Source: Catajapyx aquilonaris
Taxonomy: Eukaryota
Length of the DNA: 64,000 nucleotides
Reading direction: 5' to 3'
Assembly: GCA_000934665.2 (NCBI GenBank)
Contig: KZ537966.1
Span: 62,001 to 126,000 of the forward strand
Made by a program: the position numbers and the translations under genes
In this document: positions 1-14,300 of the stretch, piece after piece
How the letters are laid out: every line of letters begins with the position of its first letter
Position numbering within the stretch: the stretch's first letter is position 1
The notes under the pieces: model-generated
The model's input: the letters and a program-made list of their open reading frames with translations, nothing else
Database searches by the model: none
Told to the model about the DNA's origin: nothing

Positions 1-2218
1 GCATCGATGAAGTGTGAAGCAGTTGCCTCCGGTGCCATCTAACCGTGACAAGGCAGTAATATTAAAACAGATTAGCGGAGAGATGACATCGGCGGATATT
101 AACCTCGTTTATCACGTAGAAGCACACGGCTTCCCCTGATAAAATTCGACACCTTTTTCCGTTAGCCCGTCCATCAGGGTTCCAACAGCCGCATCTCCCT
201 CCAGAGATCACAATGGGGGACTCTCTGGGCCGAAATAATCTTACACATGCATAGTATCGCATTGTCACCAACTGACTTATTACCGGGTCTCCAAGCACAG
301 GGTATAAGCCACGAATTGTAGTGTAGATGTGGATAAATAGCGTGGAGGAAACCAGCAGTGTTTGCCCACCATTATGCATCGAATTTTGACGTCGTTTGCC
401 CAACCCATTGGCATAAGTCGCTGGTTGCCAGGACAGCCGGATACATGTGTCGCGATGCATATTATCAGCCGCACAAAAATTGCCATCCATTTTCCCCACC
501 AACTTTAATCAACCCCCGTGACGTTTTCTGGGGAGGGCTTGTAAGTAATAGCAAACACGAGACACCGTTTGGCGAGAGACTCCAACAAATAGTTGGCGAC
601 ATAAATCAATGTGTTGGTGGTTGGTAGGGGGGTTAGAAAGACCCCCTCCCAACGCCTCCCACAGGGCATAGGGAAAAAGTTTGCTAACCACTTTGGGGCC
701 AGAGGATAGGTGGTGTGTTGTAAATGGAAGGAGATATTCGCAGCACAAACGGTGCTCCGATTCGGGAGTGAATAATTCAGCAGTTAAACACCGCCAGACC
801 TGTAAAAGGGAAGTCGAGGCCCCAGCTCTTCTCTGATTGTGCGCCGCATCCTCATTCCTTGATTATCTGTAGAGAAGAAAAAATGGCTGCCGAAAAAGTT
901 TAGGCCGGCATCGTCTTGCTCGGCCGCGCATCATCGTCGTAATGCTGGACCGCAGAGTGCATGTTAAGAAGAATCTACAACGCTCCTGGGAACACAGGCT
1001 GCTGTTTACAGCCAGTATTAAAACCCCGGCACGCTCCCGTGCTCCCAAACTCTTTGCTCGCCAAATTAAATGCAAGGAATGCACCTCCGCAACCCATCAC
1101 TTTTGGCCTAAACAGATAGTCTCGCTCGTCAATGACACCGCAATGAATTCGGCAAAAAAGCATTAAGCGGACCAAGTTATTTCAACTTGCCAACACGGAT
1201 GATGTAGAGGGTTGAGAAAAGTAAAAGGAGGGGTGGAAAGGATTAAGAAGAAGAGTAAAGCAAAAAAAAAGGGGGAGGAAAGAAGTTGGGGAGCTCGCAC
1301 TCCTGGATCTAATCCAATCAGCACTTTCGCAGAACTTTTTATTGGTTCAGAAATGACCGTGTTTTCTTCAAGTGCTGCCGCTTGAGCGGCTCAAAGAAAG
1401 GGAGCGAGAAGAGCGTGCCGGGTCAAAACAAAACCGCCGCCCAAAAATTATCCGGAGAGAAAGTGATGGGAGAGTAGCCAAAAAATATATATATATAAGT
1501 TATATGGAGGGCCCAAACCATTAAATTGCAGTGGACACGAGTAAGGCGTGTCGTCCAAATTCCCACCTGAGCCCAATAATGGAAATGCATGCACTTATCT
1601 GCTCGAATACAGTAATTATGCAAACGAGGATCGATCATTTGAGGGGACCTCAACCCAACCTGTCAATACCAATTCGCACCCACTCTATCTCGACTTTTTT
1701 TACGCCTTAATTCTCAAATCAAGGGCAGTGAAGTTATATCCACTCTCCTGTCAACAGCAGCTACATATAGCCATGGCATATAATAATACTGTACAGCAAT
1801 GCCAATTGCACAAATTATCAAGCATGAACATCCACAGCCTCAAACTTCCATAAGAACCGTGCCCTCTCCGAAGCACCGCAAAACTCATTTGATCACACAA
1901 TGTCAAGTCTTTGTGTGCAATGGCAGTATTTTCTTCCACGACCGTAATTAATTTCTCATAAACGGAGAACCCCGACTCTGAAAATCCTCGTAGCCCATTT
2001 TGGCACCGACCCTCTATCTCTCGGGGCGTTCTTCCCTCTGTCTCTCTCTGGTACACAAGAGATGAAAAGGGCCTGAAAAGCACTGATCTAGACTAATTGC
2101 GCGACTGCTCGGGACAATCCGGACCCAGCCCGGTCCCTGCTAGGAGAACAAAGGAGATATGTCCGGCCTGGCGCGCGCGCGCACCAGACGTGCCTTTGAG
2201 CCTCAAAATGGCCAAAAG

Positions 2219-2245
2219 GAGAGAGAGAGAGAGAGAGAGAGAGAG
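2219..2245. repeat. (GA)13 microsatellite
   Basis: Perfect GA dinucleotide run read directly. A (GC)6 run lies just upstream at 2171-2182. Confidence 0.95.
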
Positions 2246-5200
2246 TGCCGGCTCTAATTAGTCTTTATGTGCAGCCACCGGTTGCAGCTTCGCACTCGTT
2301 TCCACCTTTCATCGCAGCAATGGGAATCCCGTTTTAAGCGGTTTATGGAACGTCACTTTGCCAGCCACGCTCTAGATCCCTTTTTGCGTCGGGGAATAAA
2401 CACACTGTATAGAGGCCCGGTTTCATCCCCCAAAGAGTCGCCTATACACACACCATGGAAGAGGAGAGGGGGTTAGATCATCCCTTGCCTGAAAATATCC
2501 TGGAGAGAGAAAACGAGATGTGACGCTGCTACCAAACGAATCAATTTCGGGTCCACAGGGGAAGCGACCGTTTCTGCCGCTGTCGCGACAATTTTATCGC
2601 CTTCGGGACATGATGAGGAAGACTGGAGGTGCTGCCCGGGTGCTTGGGTGAAAATAAAAGTCGCAGACAGTTATGAATCGTTCGTTTATGCACTTGCTAG
2701 AGCCGTTTGCTTCAGGCCGGCCGATCCCGATTCGTACAGTTTACAATTGGCAATCAAATGGTAATGGCTGTATTATCTATCAGTTGCGACCTCAGCAGAT
2801 GGCATGAAAATGATCACAATTTTGGGACGAATCGCAGAGTAACATGCGCCACTGTCAGATTACATACACTGCGACGTACGTCAAATGCCAACCATACAAA
2901 ATTAAAATAAGAATAAAACGTCCTTCACAGACTGATAATTACAGTCCCAGCAATTTAGTAAAGTGACTACTGTAGAAGGAAAAGTTAAGCGGCTTGTGCT
3001 GTACTCTACTAAGCCATGACCTTCACTTTATCCTGGGCGGTTAGTTAACACGTGAACCTCAATTGTAACACGGAAAAACTATCTGGCAGGGGCAAAAAAC
3101 AAAATCATGAATTACCCGCGCGCTCGCTGGTGGAATAGTTTAGAAATTCCCAAAAAGGCAATCGAGCAATGCATTTTACTTCGTCCCACATTTATTTGGG
3201 ACACTTGGTGGCTACAAAATATTTTGTGCGTAATCTTTATTTCCCAGCACTTCCGGTACTTATCCCAATTCGCATGTCACGTACCATTTCGCAGCATCTA
3301 CTTAACTCGTGACAAGAGGAGCTTACTACTGACACCAGTTGTGATGCCAGGGAAGTTGCAACAGACAACTGTCTCGTGGAAATCCTTTCCCCAGACAGCG
3401 CTGGAGTTGGGCCCTTGTGCTATTGGGCTATTCAATCGTAAGCGAATGACCTCGTGAACTCTGCACCTTGCACACAACCAGTTCAACTTCAAACAAACCC
3501 CGATCCAATCACCACTCTCGACTCACATTCCGCGATATACGCTCCCTTGGATACCCAGAAAGGTTGGGGGCTTGAATCCGGAAAGTCGTATCGCCCGCGC
3601 CCTAAGCGTGTCAGTGTGTCACCTTGAGCAAAATTCGCGGATCAATTAAACCCCCAAATCCCCGTTAACTGGACACATAACTAAATATTTCAATCCCCCC
3701 AAACATATGCCAGAATAGCCCGGATTCCGCCAGCCTGTAAGCGTAAGTAATCCAAATCACCTGAATAATACATCCAACGCACACAAAGAACTGTACTATC
3801 ATAAAGGTGTAAATGTGTACCCTGTTTATTAATTTACATCCCTCGGGCATACACCAGGCAAGCAGTCTCCCCTCCAAAAAAGGTCCTCCCTTTCCACCTG
3901 AATGAAAACCTATTCTGAGAGGGGCCGCTTATATACCAAGAAGAGAAAGATGTAAATACTCAAGGTGACCTGGCTGGAAAGCGAGCGAGCCACAAAATTC
4001 CTCTTAGTAAATGAGCCCCGCTTAGTGCTCCACTTCCACCATCTGGCTCCACCCATCGCCACCAAATAATCCACTCTGACGGACGAGATGCTCGCTTTGT
4101 TAAGCTACTTGCCTCTAGGGAGGGGTAGAAAAGCATCTTCAAAGGACACCCTCTTCCCAAGACTAACCAACAGGCTTACCCCCCTTTAAAAAAAAAAGAA
4201 AAGAAAAATATTTAATTACACAAATTATCATCTGATTTGCATAGGAAATTTGCCTCGGAGTCATTGAGTTGTTCCACTTCCAACACCGAAAAATGACTTA
4301 TGGAGTTCTCCCTCCCCTAGGGGAAATGGAAATTTATGACCTGGGCGTTGCGGATGGACAAACACAAGGTTCGTAATGCACTCTTTATGAAGATTTAAGT
4401 TAGCGGCGGGGACGGGATAATCGGTCGAACCGTTAATAGTGCGGCCTGACTTTTATCCGGGGGGGTAATTTAATCCGTGGGGAAATTCCCGGCTGTCGGG
4501 GCAGACACCGAATTTTACCTTATGCATCGTTCTGGGAGAATGGAGGAAGCATATAAAAAAAAAAAATACAATCGGGGTCATGAGAAGGAAAGTGATGTCG
4601 ACAGCAAAATGCAAAACTTGCATGAAGACTACAGTAACCTTGGGGGAATTAAAGCATGAAAATTGCAACGTAATTTACGACCGCCTGAAGAGCAGCCTGT
4701 ATAACACTCCAAAAAAATTAATTGTAATAAAGCATCGCAGAACGTACAGGCATTCCGCTAATTCAGGACAAGATGACCTCAGTTGCATAACCCTCCAAAG
4801 GAAGTGAATTTCTGGTGGTTTGACCTAATCGATTGCATCCAAGGGCACGCGTACCTTCCAACCATCTTTTTTGGCCACCCCTTTTAGTTGTTCTAATGCT
4901 GAATTGAATCCGACCGCTTTTGCCAACCACCCTGAAAATTTTATCCGGGGTGCAAATACTCGTGCGCTCGACTTTAAAACTTTAGTGCGACGCCACCGTC
5001 ATTAAGCAAACTTTGATCCTCTTGGTGGTGGTTTCTCCCACAGAATACCCAATTTCATTTCCTCCGCTAGCCTCGTTATTTTATTTGCAAATGCGGCGGA
5101 TTGGCAGTGATTGCAATTGATTCGCCCTGAAAATTAAGCGCTAGCCCCTAAGCATTGCCGCTGCATCGGAAAGCTATAAATATGCTGTTAGCCCTAACGA

Positions 5201-6043
5201 ACGAGCCACATAATCGAATAGTAATCAGAAGAAAATTAATGGAGGCGCCGATATTGCTCTAGCTTTTACCACCCCCCCCCCCACATTTCCTGAGACTCTC
5301 GACGGTAACTCCATATTTTCTTACAACATTAATTTTTAAATTAGTCTCTAAGAAAATCCTGACTTGATGCAACATAGGAGGAGAGATAGTTTTTCGATAT
5401 ATCTCGAGTGATTTATGGGTGTAATATTACGCGACAAACTGTCGCCTGGACGTGCCCTGTAAGGGCGGTCCATGCACGCCTCATTTGCAACTTGGCGGCA
5501 GGGACTGTCACTTATGCTAAAGTATAGAGTGATATACTGTAGTACATCATCGAACCAGGGAGCAAAACAAGAGACAGCATTCATTACTACACACTCAACG
5601 GGTGTGTCCTTTGAGTTTCAAAAGGCTCTGAGCATATAAGTTCAACAAAAACCTGAACATTTTGATCTCATCAATATTCAGAGTTCCCTGGCGAGCACTT
5701 ATCAGCCAATATAGTAGGGTAATGCATCGCTCAATATGGCTTCTAAAAACTTTCCTGTTAGGATACCCTGCCACTTGCACATTTTCACTAAACTTTCCAG
5801 AGTGGGACGGATCGTTTAAAAAAAAACGGGAGGATGCTAATAATTCAGAGAATAACTTAATCAAGGCTAACAAGGCAGAACAAACCATGACGTTTGGGGG
5901 TTTTCCGGTGAACACCAGATGGCTCCGCCATGTCACAGTACACATGCGGTACAGTACAGCCATGTACAGTGTTATAAACTCCCCGTTTTTAAAATTGTCA
6001 ACGATTAATATGTCAGTGTCGCAATGTCAATTCATCACCGGTT

Positions 6044-6085
6044 GAGCACCCCCCTGCACTAATCACATCCCTGGCTACGCCCCTG
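6044..6085. mobile_element. Possible solo terminal remnant of a MITE / non-autonomous DNA transposon
   Basis: GAGCACCCCCC...CTGGCTACGCCCCTG (6071-6085) is the reverse complement of CAGGGGCGTAGCCAG, which resembles termini I recall from invertebrate MITEs. No partner terminus or target-site duplication was found. Confidence 0.3.
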
Positions 6086-6140
6086 GCCCGCTGTGAGCAC
6101 CGCTGGAGAGCAGGACAGGTCGAACAGTATTACAGGATAG

Positions 6141-6163
6141 CCCCCCCCCCCNCCCCCCCCCCC
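6141..6163. repeat. Poly-C tract with an internal N
   Basis: C homopolymer with N at 6152. True length is uncertain. Confidence 0.9.
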
Positions 6164-7505
6164 GCACATGTAACCACCATCTTTTCCATATTCCGCCCTG
6201 CCCCCCGTTCGATGGATGCATGATTTATTCAGAGCACGCCCTTTAGGCCGGCTACAATTCCGAATGAAGCAGCACCAGCAAACTATGGAATGAATGGCTT
6301 CATATCTGCACATGAAAATTTAATGCGGAAGGGGTATCCACGCGGGTGTACTAAGCGGCATAACCAACCAAAGAATTATAGGCTATGTTAATCGTATGTT
6401 GTCCAAACACAAACCCAAAATCAGTTGGGACCACCCCCGGAGGCGATACAGTGCCAGTCAAAAGTACGAGTTGATTGAGCCAGTAAGCAAGATTTCCGCT
6501 GCCGGGCACACAAACTGCTCTTGTTCAACTAATATTCCCAGAAAGAATGTGCAATATGCAAGCGCTGCTAAAAAGCCGAACCCAAAAATGGGCTGGCAAA
6601 CAGACCAGCGTCACAGAGCAAGTTATAGCAGGCGGCATTCAAAGTGAAACACTACCATAACTCAACATCACCCTCTGTGTTTTAAACGAATACTAACGAG
6701 TTTGTTTTGCAAAACAAAAACTGCCCTAGCCGTTATTATTTTACGAGCTCAAATAATTATCTAAATGCGGAATACGAAACGTGAAGTGTGACCCTGTAAT
6801 ATTCATTGGACGTTCTACTAATGGTTCGCGGATAGTTATGCGACCAATTTTCAGTGGACATGTCTGGGCGTTAATAGTTGTAGAGTGCCTGTAGCCGCAT
6901 TCGTGCAGTAAATAAAGTGTTTTACATGCGTACTTGCACTCGAATATACACTCTACCTAATTACTAAACATTCCACTGGGTGTCCTAAAAAAATAACATC
7001 GTTCGACTCAAAATATTACGAGTGTCAGCGATTTTTGTTGCGCTACTGGTTGCATCAAGATTACTGCATGTTCAAGCTGCGGATATTAGTGTACAAAATT
7101 TCTACAAGACTGGTTTTGGTGAATTGAAGCGCAACTAGACACGATGGGCCTTGTTCTCACAGCTTCCATTTTTTATCAGCGAGCCCCCCCTGGAAAAAAA
7201 AGTAGGCATGGGAAATGCACCGCTGCTCGACGTGTAAAATTAATCAGGTGTAGACGCTGCTCACTCCGAATATTAATACCATATCATCATGCATCATTAA
7301 TGAACCAAAATCGATCAAGACCTCTTTGAAAACAAGCGAGGAACTTGAAACAAACGGGAGGTGGACATAGTGGCAGTAGATGGACGCGTGGTCAGTATAC
7401 TGATCACCCCCCTTCAAATTTGCAATTCTGTCTGGCTGTATGAGTAAGAAAATTGCGTCAGAGTTTGCAAAAACTGTTAGGCAAACTCTGGGATGGATGG
7501 AAGGT

Positions 7506-7524
7506 GGGGGGGGGGGGGNGGGGG
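7506..7524. repeat. Poly-G tract with an internal N
   Basis: G homopolymer with N at 7519. Confidence 0.9.
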
Positions 7525-10500
7525 CGCCCGGACCAAAATTAGTCTCCGAATTGCAAAGTTTCTTTCATTACTGCGCTCCTGTAATCGCGTCCGTTGGAAG
7601 GTGGCGTGAAGCGCAACCGATCAAAAGTGCTCACACTCCAAGCTCCACTTCGGATAAAAAAAAAGAAGGAAAAAGGTCTTTCAGAAGCTGCTGTTTTGGG
7701 TCGAAAAGTTTTTTTTTCCCCCCAGTAGCTTTCTAGTAATTGGCGCGTAACAACTCCCATAAAGTTTTGCCATGGCCATGTAAACTCAACGTGCGCCCAC
7801 CCCTTCAAGCCAAATTGCGCAATATAACTTGTCGGACCGTCCATAAATTAGAAGCCTCCGCAGGAGGTGGGGCCGGTGTTGCTTTTGACCTGTGGGCGAA
7901 GGGGCGTGGATATGCTGGAAACTATTACGCAACATTTGGACCTAACTTGGAAAGTTAAAACCAACCGCTGGAGCTTTAGAGCCCAGGCTGAGTACACCCC
8001 CCAAAAGTCCTCTTGGGTACAGTTGAGGGCTTGTTACTTGGCCTGAATTGAAGCAAGGTGCCAACTCCTATAGTATGTACAGTACGTAATAAGAAGGCAC
8101 AATATAAATTTGGTCAAGGCTGGGTCCTTTTCAATGAGGCGAGACACCACCACAATAATAAGACGCAATGGCGGAGAGCCCCAGTAAACTTGTGCACTTG
8201 GACCATTTATCACCTCTACACGCCGCAGCACAATAAGGCAGCGGATGCAACATTAAAATATGGCGACACCACCACAATGGACTCTGGTCCAAGTAATAAA
8301 AGAAAAGCTGGGCTGCGAAAAATATATAACTGGCTGCAATGGATGCCCCCAATGCCAGTAAGGTCGCAGTCGAGTACCTGAACTGACCATCTGGTGTCCA
8401 GCAAGTCCCTCACTGTTCAACTCTTCGGTCCACTCTTGGTCCCCACAACTTTACTGTCAATAGGGCTATAAGTGGGTTTTATTATCGGTGATGGGGCTAA
8501 AAATGGAGCTCCCCCGCCTATAAAAATCCAACGGTAACCTCAGCGCCAGAATCTGCTTCCATCACGATCCTCGTCCCACGCAATTTTTTTTTGCAAAAGC
8601 TCGACCGTCATCCTAGCAGTCCTCGCAGATTAAATTACATTCCCCAACGTTGATCTGCATTCAAATAATAAAAACAACATTTATGGCATGCCATTAAATG
8701 TGGCGAAGCAAAGTTAATCCCTTCAAACTGCTACTGAGATCATGAAGCACGGGCGCTCGTATCACTCTCGACTCCGGGCTGCTGCCCGGATACTGACAAA
8801 CTAATTTACTGCCGACGCTCACAGGATTTTTTTTTTTTTTTGAAAAAAACGCACGCTAAATTTCGCAGGCACAGCAGGGGAAAAGCCACATTTCTCACCA
8901 GAACTGAGGGTGGTTTGTGGGTTTGGCTCACATTCTCTCCGTTCAGGTGATGTACTAAATAAGCCGGAATAAATGATTTCACGAGCTACCGCATCATCGA
9001 TGCAAACTTCATCAATCATTGCTCAACCACCGCTGATCCGTTAATGCGTGGTAATAACACGGGGGTCTTCCGATCCGAAAAGGTAGCGTACTTAATACTT
9101 GATGAGAGAGGGGAGATGTAGGGTAGGAGTGAATGAAGTGTACAGTGTCCCAAAGGTACCCTTACATCAATGGACTGTATAGTTCTGTTTCAAACAAACA
9201 AACAACTGTTGGAATTATAGATTATAATAATAGCACGTTCGTGAGCGGTGCCAAACTTTTTGCAGACACCACAAAAAATAACTCATTGAAAGCTGCATGT
9301 AAAGAACACTGCACGACAAAAGTTATCAAATATTTCGCCTCATTAACTGGTTGTATACAGTCTCGCCCTTGAATCTTACTTTTTTTTTTTTCCTCAATTC
9401 ACCGGGCATTATACTACAACCTACATGGAAAAATTACATGTCGTTAATTTCACGTTGATTACTGCATTATTTTATAATTCGGACATCCTTTGAAATTCCG
9501 ATTTCATTAACTTCGCAGGTAATCACAAATCTTCATACTTCGTGGCGTCACAGCTTGGATTATTCAAATAGAAACATCAAAGTGATTCGGTATTACCCGT
9601 TGGGTGCTCATTTTCTTATAATTCCATTAATTCGTGCACCGTAGAAGTCAGGTTTATAAAATAGGAGAAGGATTACAGAACTTTAAATGTACTTGCAAGT
9701 CCACTGAGCACAGTTAATCTCTTGAAACGTCTTTCGTGTAATCGTCCAAGATTTCTCTGCTGGAAAAGGAAGCATCAGTGTTTTCACTCCCAGTATTAAT
9801 TCCCATTCGCTAACATCTTAAGCGACAGAGAGAGAGAGAAAAAAACAGTCGTTTCAATGCTGTAACATGACGTCCATTTGAGCGGGGGGGGGCCTAAGTT
9901 TACAATAGAATTAAACGGTAAACGAACCGGCCACTCCTTCCCTCACACCGTTCATTACTTGGTTGGGATCCAGCTGGTTTTACCGCCCCCCAATTATCCC
10001 AAACAAAAACATCTCCTCCACCTATTCCATCATTACAATAGCCCGAATCCCATCACATTAAACACCGCCAACCGTCTCCATGCTCATTGCCGGGGAATGT
10101 AAACAATTAAATTATATCCCATCTCCCCAACCCCACCCTGTTTGTTGAATTCGCATCAACTTGAGTGTTTTAATGCCATGGGATTAATAGCCCCCCCCCC
10201 CCCCTAACATTTAAAAACCTGCAGTTCGTTAATATTAATGGGGCAGGGTGTTTACCAGCACGGTTTTCATATATGGCCAGTTAAGCGCAGGCGTGATTTA
10301 ACTTGCATGGATGGAAATGGGGGGACGTTATAAGAAGACGCAAATATATGCACCTTTTCTGAGCGGAAAGCATCCTTGTTGCCCATTGGAGGAAGGATTT
10401 TGACACAGTCAACCTTCTCGCCAAATCTCCCGGGTCTTGAGCCAGGGCTTCCCTTCTTCACCAATATTTATCCAGCGCAAACACCCACTTTTCACGCTCA

Positions 10501-11298
10501 ACCGTCCAAAAGCGATTTCGGATACCTTATCGGCCCACGGCTTCTCTCCGGAAAACGGGGGTGCCACGATGCATAATTGCACTTCTCGAGGCCTCCGTGG
10601 TTCTTTACTCTGGATGGGATTTTTCACACCACCCTTCTTCTATCACCTTTTTGGAAAAGATGGAGCTTCCGTTTACATAGGGCCAACTTCTTTCAGGACT
10701 AATAAGCTCATTTTGAGTGCTATTGCTAAACAGGGGCGGTATTGGGGGGATTCACCGCATTTGGACCTATTTTGACCAGTCGAAAACTGCCAACAGCTCC
10801 CAACCAACTTTAACGGTCGCATCAGACCAAAGCCTGTTATTAACCGGAACCCAGTAGGCGTCACAATTTGTCCGGGAACTAAATCCACGGAATTCATGGT
10901 CTCGTAAACGAACACGTTGTGCCCTAGCTCCTTTTCCATCAGATAACGAAACACGCTTGTTACCAGGCCTATTCGGGAGTCGCCGCGAATTAAAACTAGT
11001 CCCTGCCATCAAAACAGAAACTCCAGCAGTAACCCTTGGAAACAACCCCGAGCCAAAAGCAGCAATAACAATGCCGGTGTGGTTGTTGATGTTGCGTATA
11101 ACTCAAAAAACCGGAGGAGTAGGAAGGGGGTTATAGGGATCGTCCCCTGCCTTCATTGTGAAGATTGCGACTGATACAAGACGGGCAGCCGGCCAATTCT
11201 ATCCTGCTTCTGAGATTGCTGCGGCGTCACTAGGAGATTAATAAGTTGCCTCGATTTAATATTGGCCAGCTTCCTCCTGCCAGGAAAAAGAATTCGGG

Positions 11299-11314
11299 NN
11301 NNNNNNNNNNNNNN
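11299..11314. other. Assembly gap (16 N) inside a G run
   Basis: 16 consecutive N flanked by G runs on both sides. Confidence 0.97.
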
Positions 11315-14300
11315 GGGGGGGCTTCCCGACGTTCATATCAACTTTCAGGGATGAAAAATCTTTGGCCGAAAGCTCATTTTGTGCGGGTACTGTATAATAT
11401 TTTTTTTTCCACCCCCGCCCGTGAGTTCGCTGTATAACATACTAAAGCTTCTCAAAAATATATGGCAGCATTCTTAAAAAGAGAGAACAATGTTGAATTT
11501 TCCTTAGAAACACTCCTTCCTCTTCATGTTATAATCATAAGGAACTTGCGCTCTGCATGAACGCACAAATCGTCAATACGCTCTGTTTTTATAAGAGCCT
11601 TGGCTAAGTTAGCATGCAAATATATTCACGCTGGCTTAATGTAAATAAAATCTTGCGTTGCACTATTTATTTACTTAGGACAATGTAGCTATAACCTACT
11701 TTTGACAATGTTTCCTGCGTGCATAATTTATGTCCGTTAAAGTGAGTGCGCGTCATGACCTAGATTACTCGGAAAGTGTGACTCTTGCACTTTTGGGTGA
11801 CACCGACCATACACATTGCACCCAGGATTTCAGCCTGAATTTTAAAACTTTCCCTATAGTGGCCAAAGCACAAAACATTGTTTAGAAACAATTATAAATT
11901 TAATAAATGCGCTAAAACAGCAAGATGTGCTTATTTTACATCGTTACCAATGTGAATAATCACTGACGCATCATATGCAGTGTACAGTATATATTCAATA
12001 TTTATTAGGCTGTTATATGCCCCGTGAAAAGCCAGAGGCTTTTCAGAGAAACTACATGTTAAACTCGAGCTGCTCACATGCATAAAAAGTTTTAAATGAG
12101 TTGAAAAATAATGGAAAAAAAAATACTCGCATAACATATTTTGAGTGATTCTCGGAAATAATTTTTCATTCGTAATTGGAATAGGTTCTGTTCATATAAT
12201 GAGTAACTCGAATCTAAAATGCACAAAAAAATCCCAACTTAAACAGAAAGGAGTTACAAAATGACTAGAACTTTTTTTTTCATTGCCCAATTTTAGCATC
12301 AGGGCATACAAATGGCCGTACCCGACAGAGTAGATGTGGAGAGCATGTCCTAAGACCCAGCTTTGAACTCCGCACACAATGAAATGCTGTTGACACTGGC
12401 CAGTAAAAAAAGGGGGGCGGTGTGTGTGTATGCACTAGGTCAATACTGGTGATTACGTCTTCAGGGACGGCTCGACAGAAGAGGAGCAAATGCGACCATT
12501 TCACGCCAAGAGCGTTAATTCAGATAAGAGTCTGGCGCTTCTGCTATTGCCTCCCGCGCTATCTCCCCTATACCCCCCCAGTTCGCATTGCAAGCATCAG
12601 CCTTCTCACAAAGGGGTGATTAAATAATTTGCTAATGAAGACGTCCCTTGCAGCAGCTGCTTCATTTTCATACGGCCTCCTCCTACGTGAAAACTCCCCA
12701 GATATAGCCCCCTCCTCTCCTCCTTCCTCCGACCCCAAACCTTCCTTTCTCGGTGCATTACTTTGCCTAGTTTTCTTCGCAGAGATGCTATCCTGCTGAT
12801 GGAGAGTTGGCAACTTTGCTCGTATTACTAGAGGATTTTTCCGTCTTCCAACGGTGCTCTCGGATGACTACACAATCTCTGATGAGAGCCCAGACAAAAC
12901 CAACGACGTCCCATTAACGCCAGATTTCTAATGCTATGCAACTGGGAAGTGAAAAGAAGCCCGTCGTTTTCCAGGGTCCCTTGACGCCCCTTAAAACAAA
13001 CGGCTGATTCTTCCATGGTCAAGGCAGAAACTTCGACCTACAAGCTCTTCAAGTATTTTAAGACTTGCCAGCTTGTAGCCTTGTCCTTTCAGGTTGAAAC
13101 AAAAAAGATATAAAAACGCGGACGTAATACTTAGCGCGGCAAGGGGGGGAAAAATATCCTGGGGAATTCTAAATGTGAAGGACCAGTTTGCCAGAGCTCA
13201 GCTTGCCAGATTTAAACTGGGAAAAGACTAAAATTGCTGCGTACAAAGGTTAAAATTACCTGGAATTCATAACACTGGGTAGTAAAGCACAGCGTGTACA
13301 CGTGCAGTTCTTGTATAAATTACTGATTACAGAGCAGGACTTTACGCAATAAGTTGAAGAAGTGGAGCTGCTTTGAATTGAGGAAAGCAGCATTGCGTGC
13401 CGTGAATTAAGCCTGTAAAGTTGTGAGTTATGATCAAAGAGAATCATACAGTACAGGACACGACAATCCTGATGTACAGTACGCTTACGGTCACTGCGTC
13501 GGAACAAACATCCTGGCAGCATTTTCCTATAACCATCGTGGGTTTAAAAAGACATGAATGGAGGAAATTGAACAATTAGGGTAAATGTAACTGTTATAAA
13601 GTATAAGCGAATAGCATGCATGCATCCAACCATAATCGACCTTTTCCATCTATAACTATACTAGGCGACATCCACAATAAAGCTTCACATTCGATAACAA
13701 GGGCACCGGTGACATAAATTACTTTGTTACATTCAATGAGCAACATGTCAAAGCGTCGGGTTTGAAAGCAGCCTCGTTACGCGATGTCTAGATGCAAAAC
13801 ATACTGCCTACTACTGAATAGATAACCGCTTCACAGCCCGCACACAGACGTCACTCCACAACCTGTGCAAAAGGCGCAAAAACTCTGACGCAATATCCCA
13901 GCCTCAGGTTCATGTGATATCTACAGGTTACTTGAAAATAATGTGCAATAAAAAGATGCTGACTGCAACATGCCGCGAAAACAATATATCGGTCGAGTTC
14001 CGGTGAGGCACATGCTGCACGATATTGGTTTTTGCTTCAGCTCGAACCTGGCAAAATGCTAGCAATCCTTAAGTAGTTCCTGTGTACGCATGTCAATGGC
14101 AGAGAAGCACATACGGAGACGAAGCCAGGGTCTAAATCCAGACTAAAGCGCAAAAGTGAATGGCTCGACAGAAGCGAAATTAGAAGAAGAAGAACTAAAA
14201 AAAAAAAATGCAAGAAGAGTTAAGAATCCCTTGGCCCAAACAGACGGGAAGATGGAGGATGGCCAGATATTAAATTTATGAAGAGCCGTGGCAGACAGAA

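Noticed and set aside
800..866. Minus-strand exon candidate with a strong acceptor
   Set aside because: The donor CAG|gtctgg is weak, the 67-nt length breaks the phase-1 pattern, and the frame stops shortly afterwards.
8735..8743. TGAGATCAT matching the 5' end of bantam miRNA
   Set aside because: The match stops after 9 nt and no precursor hairpin is evident.
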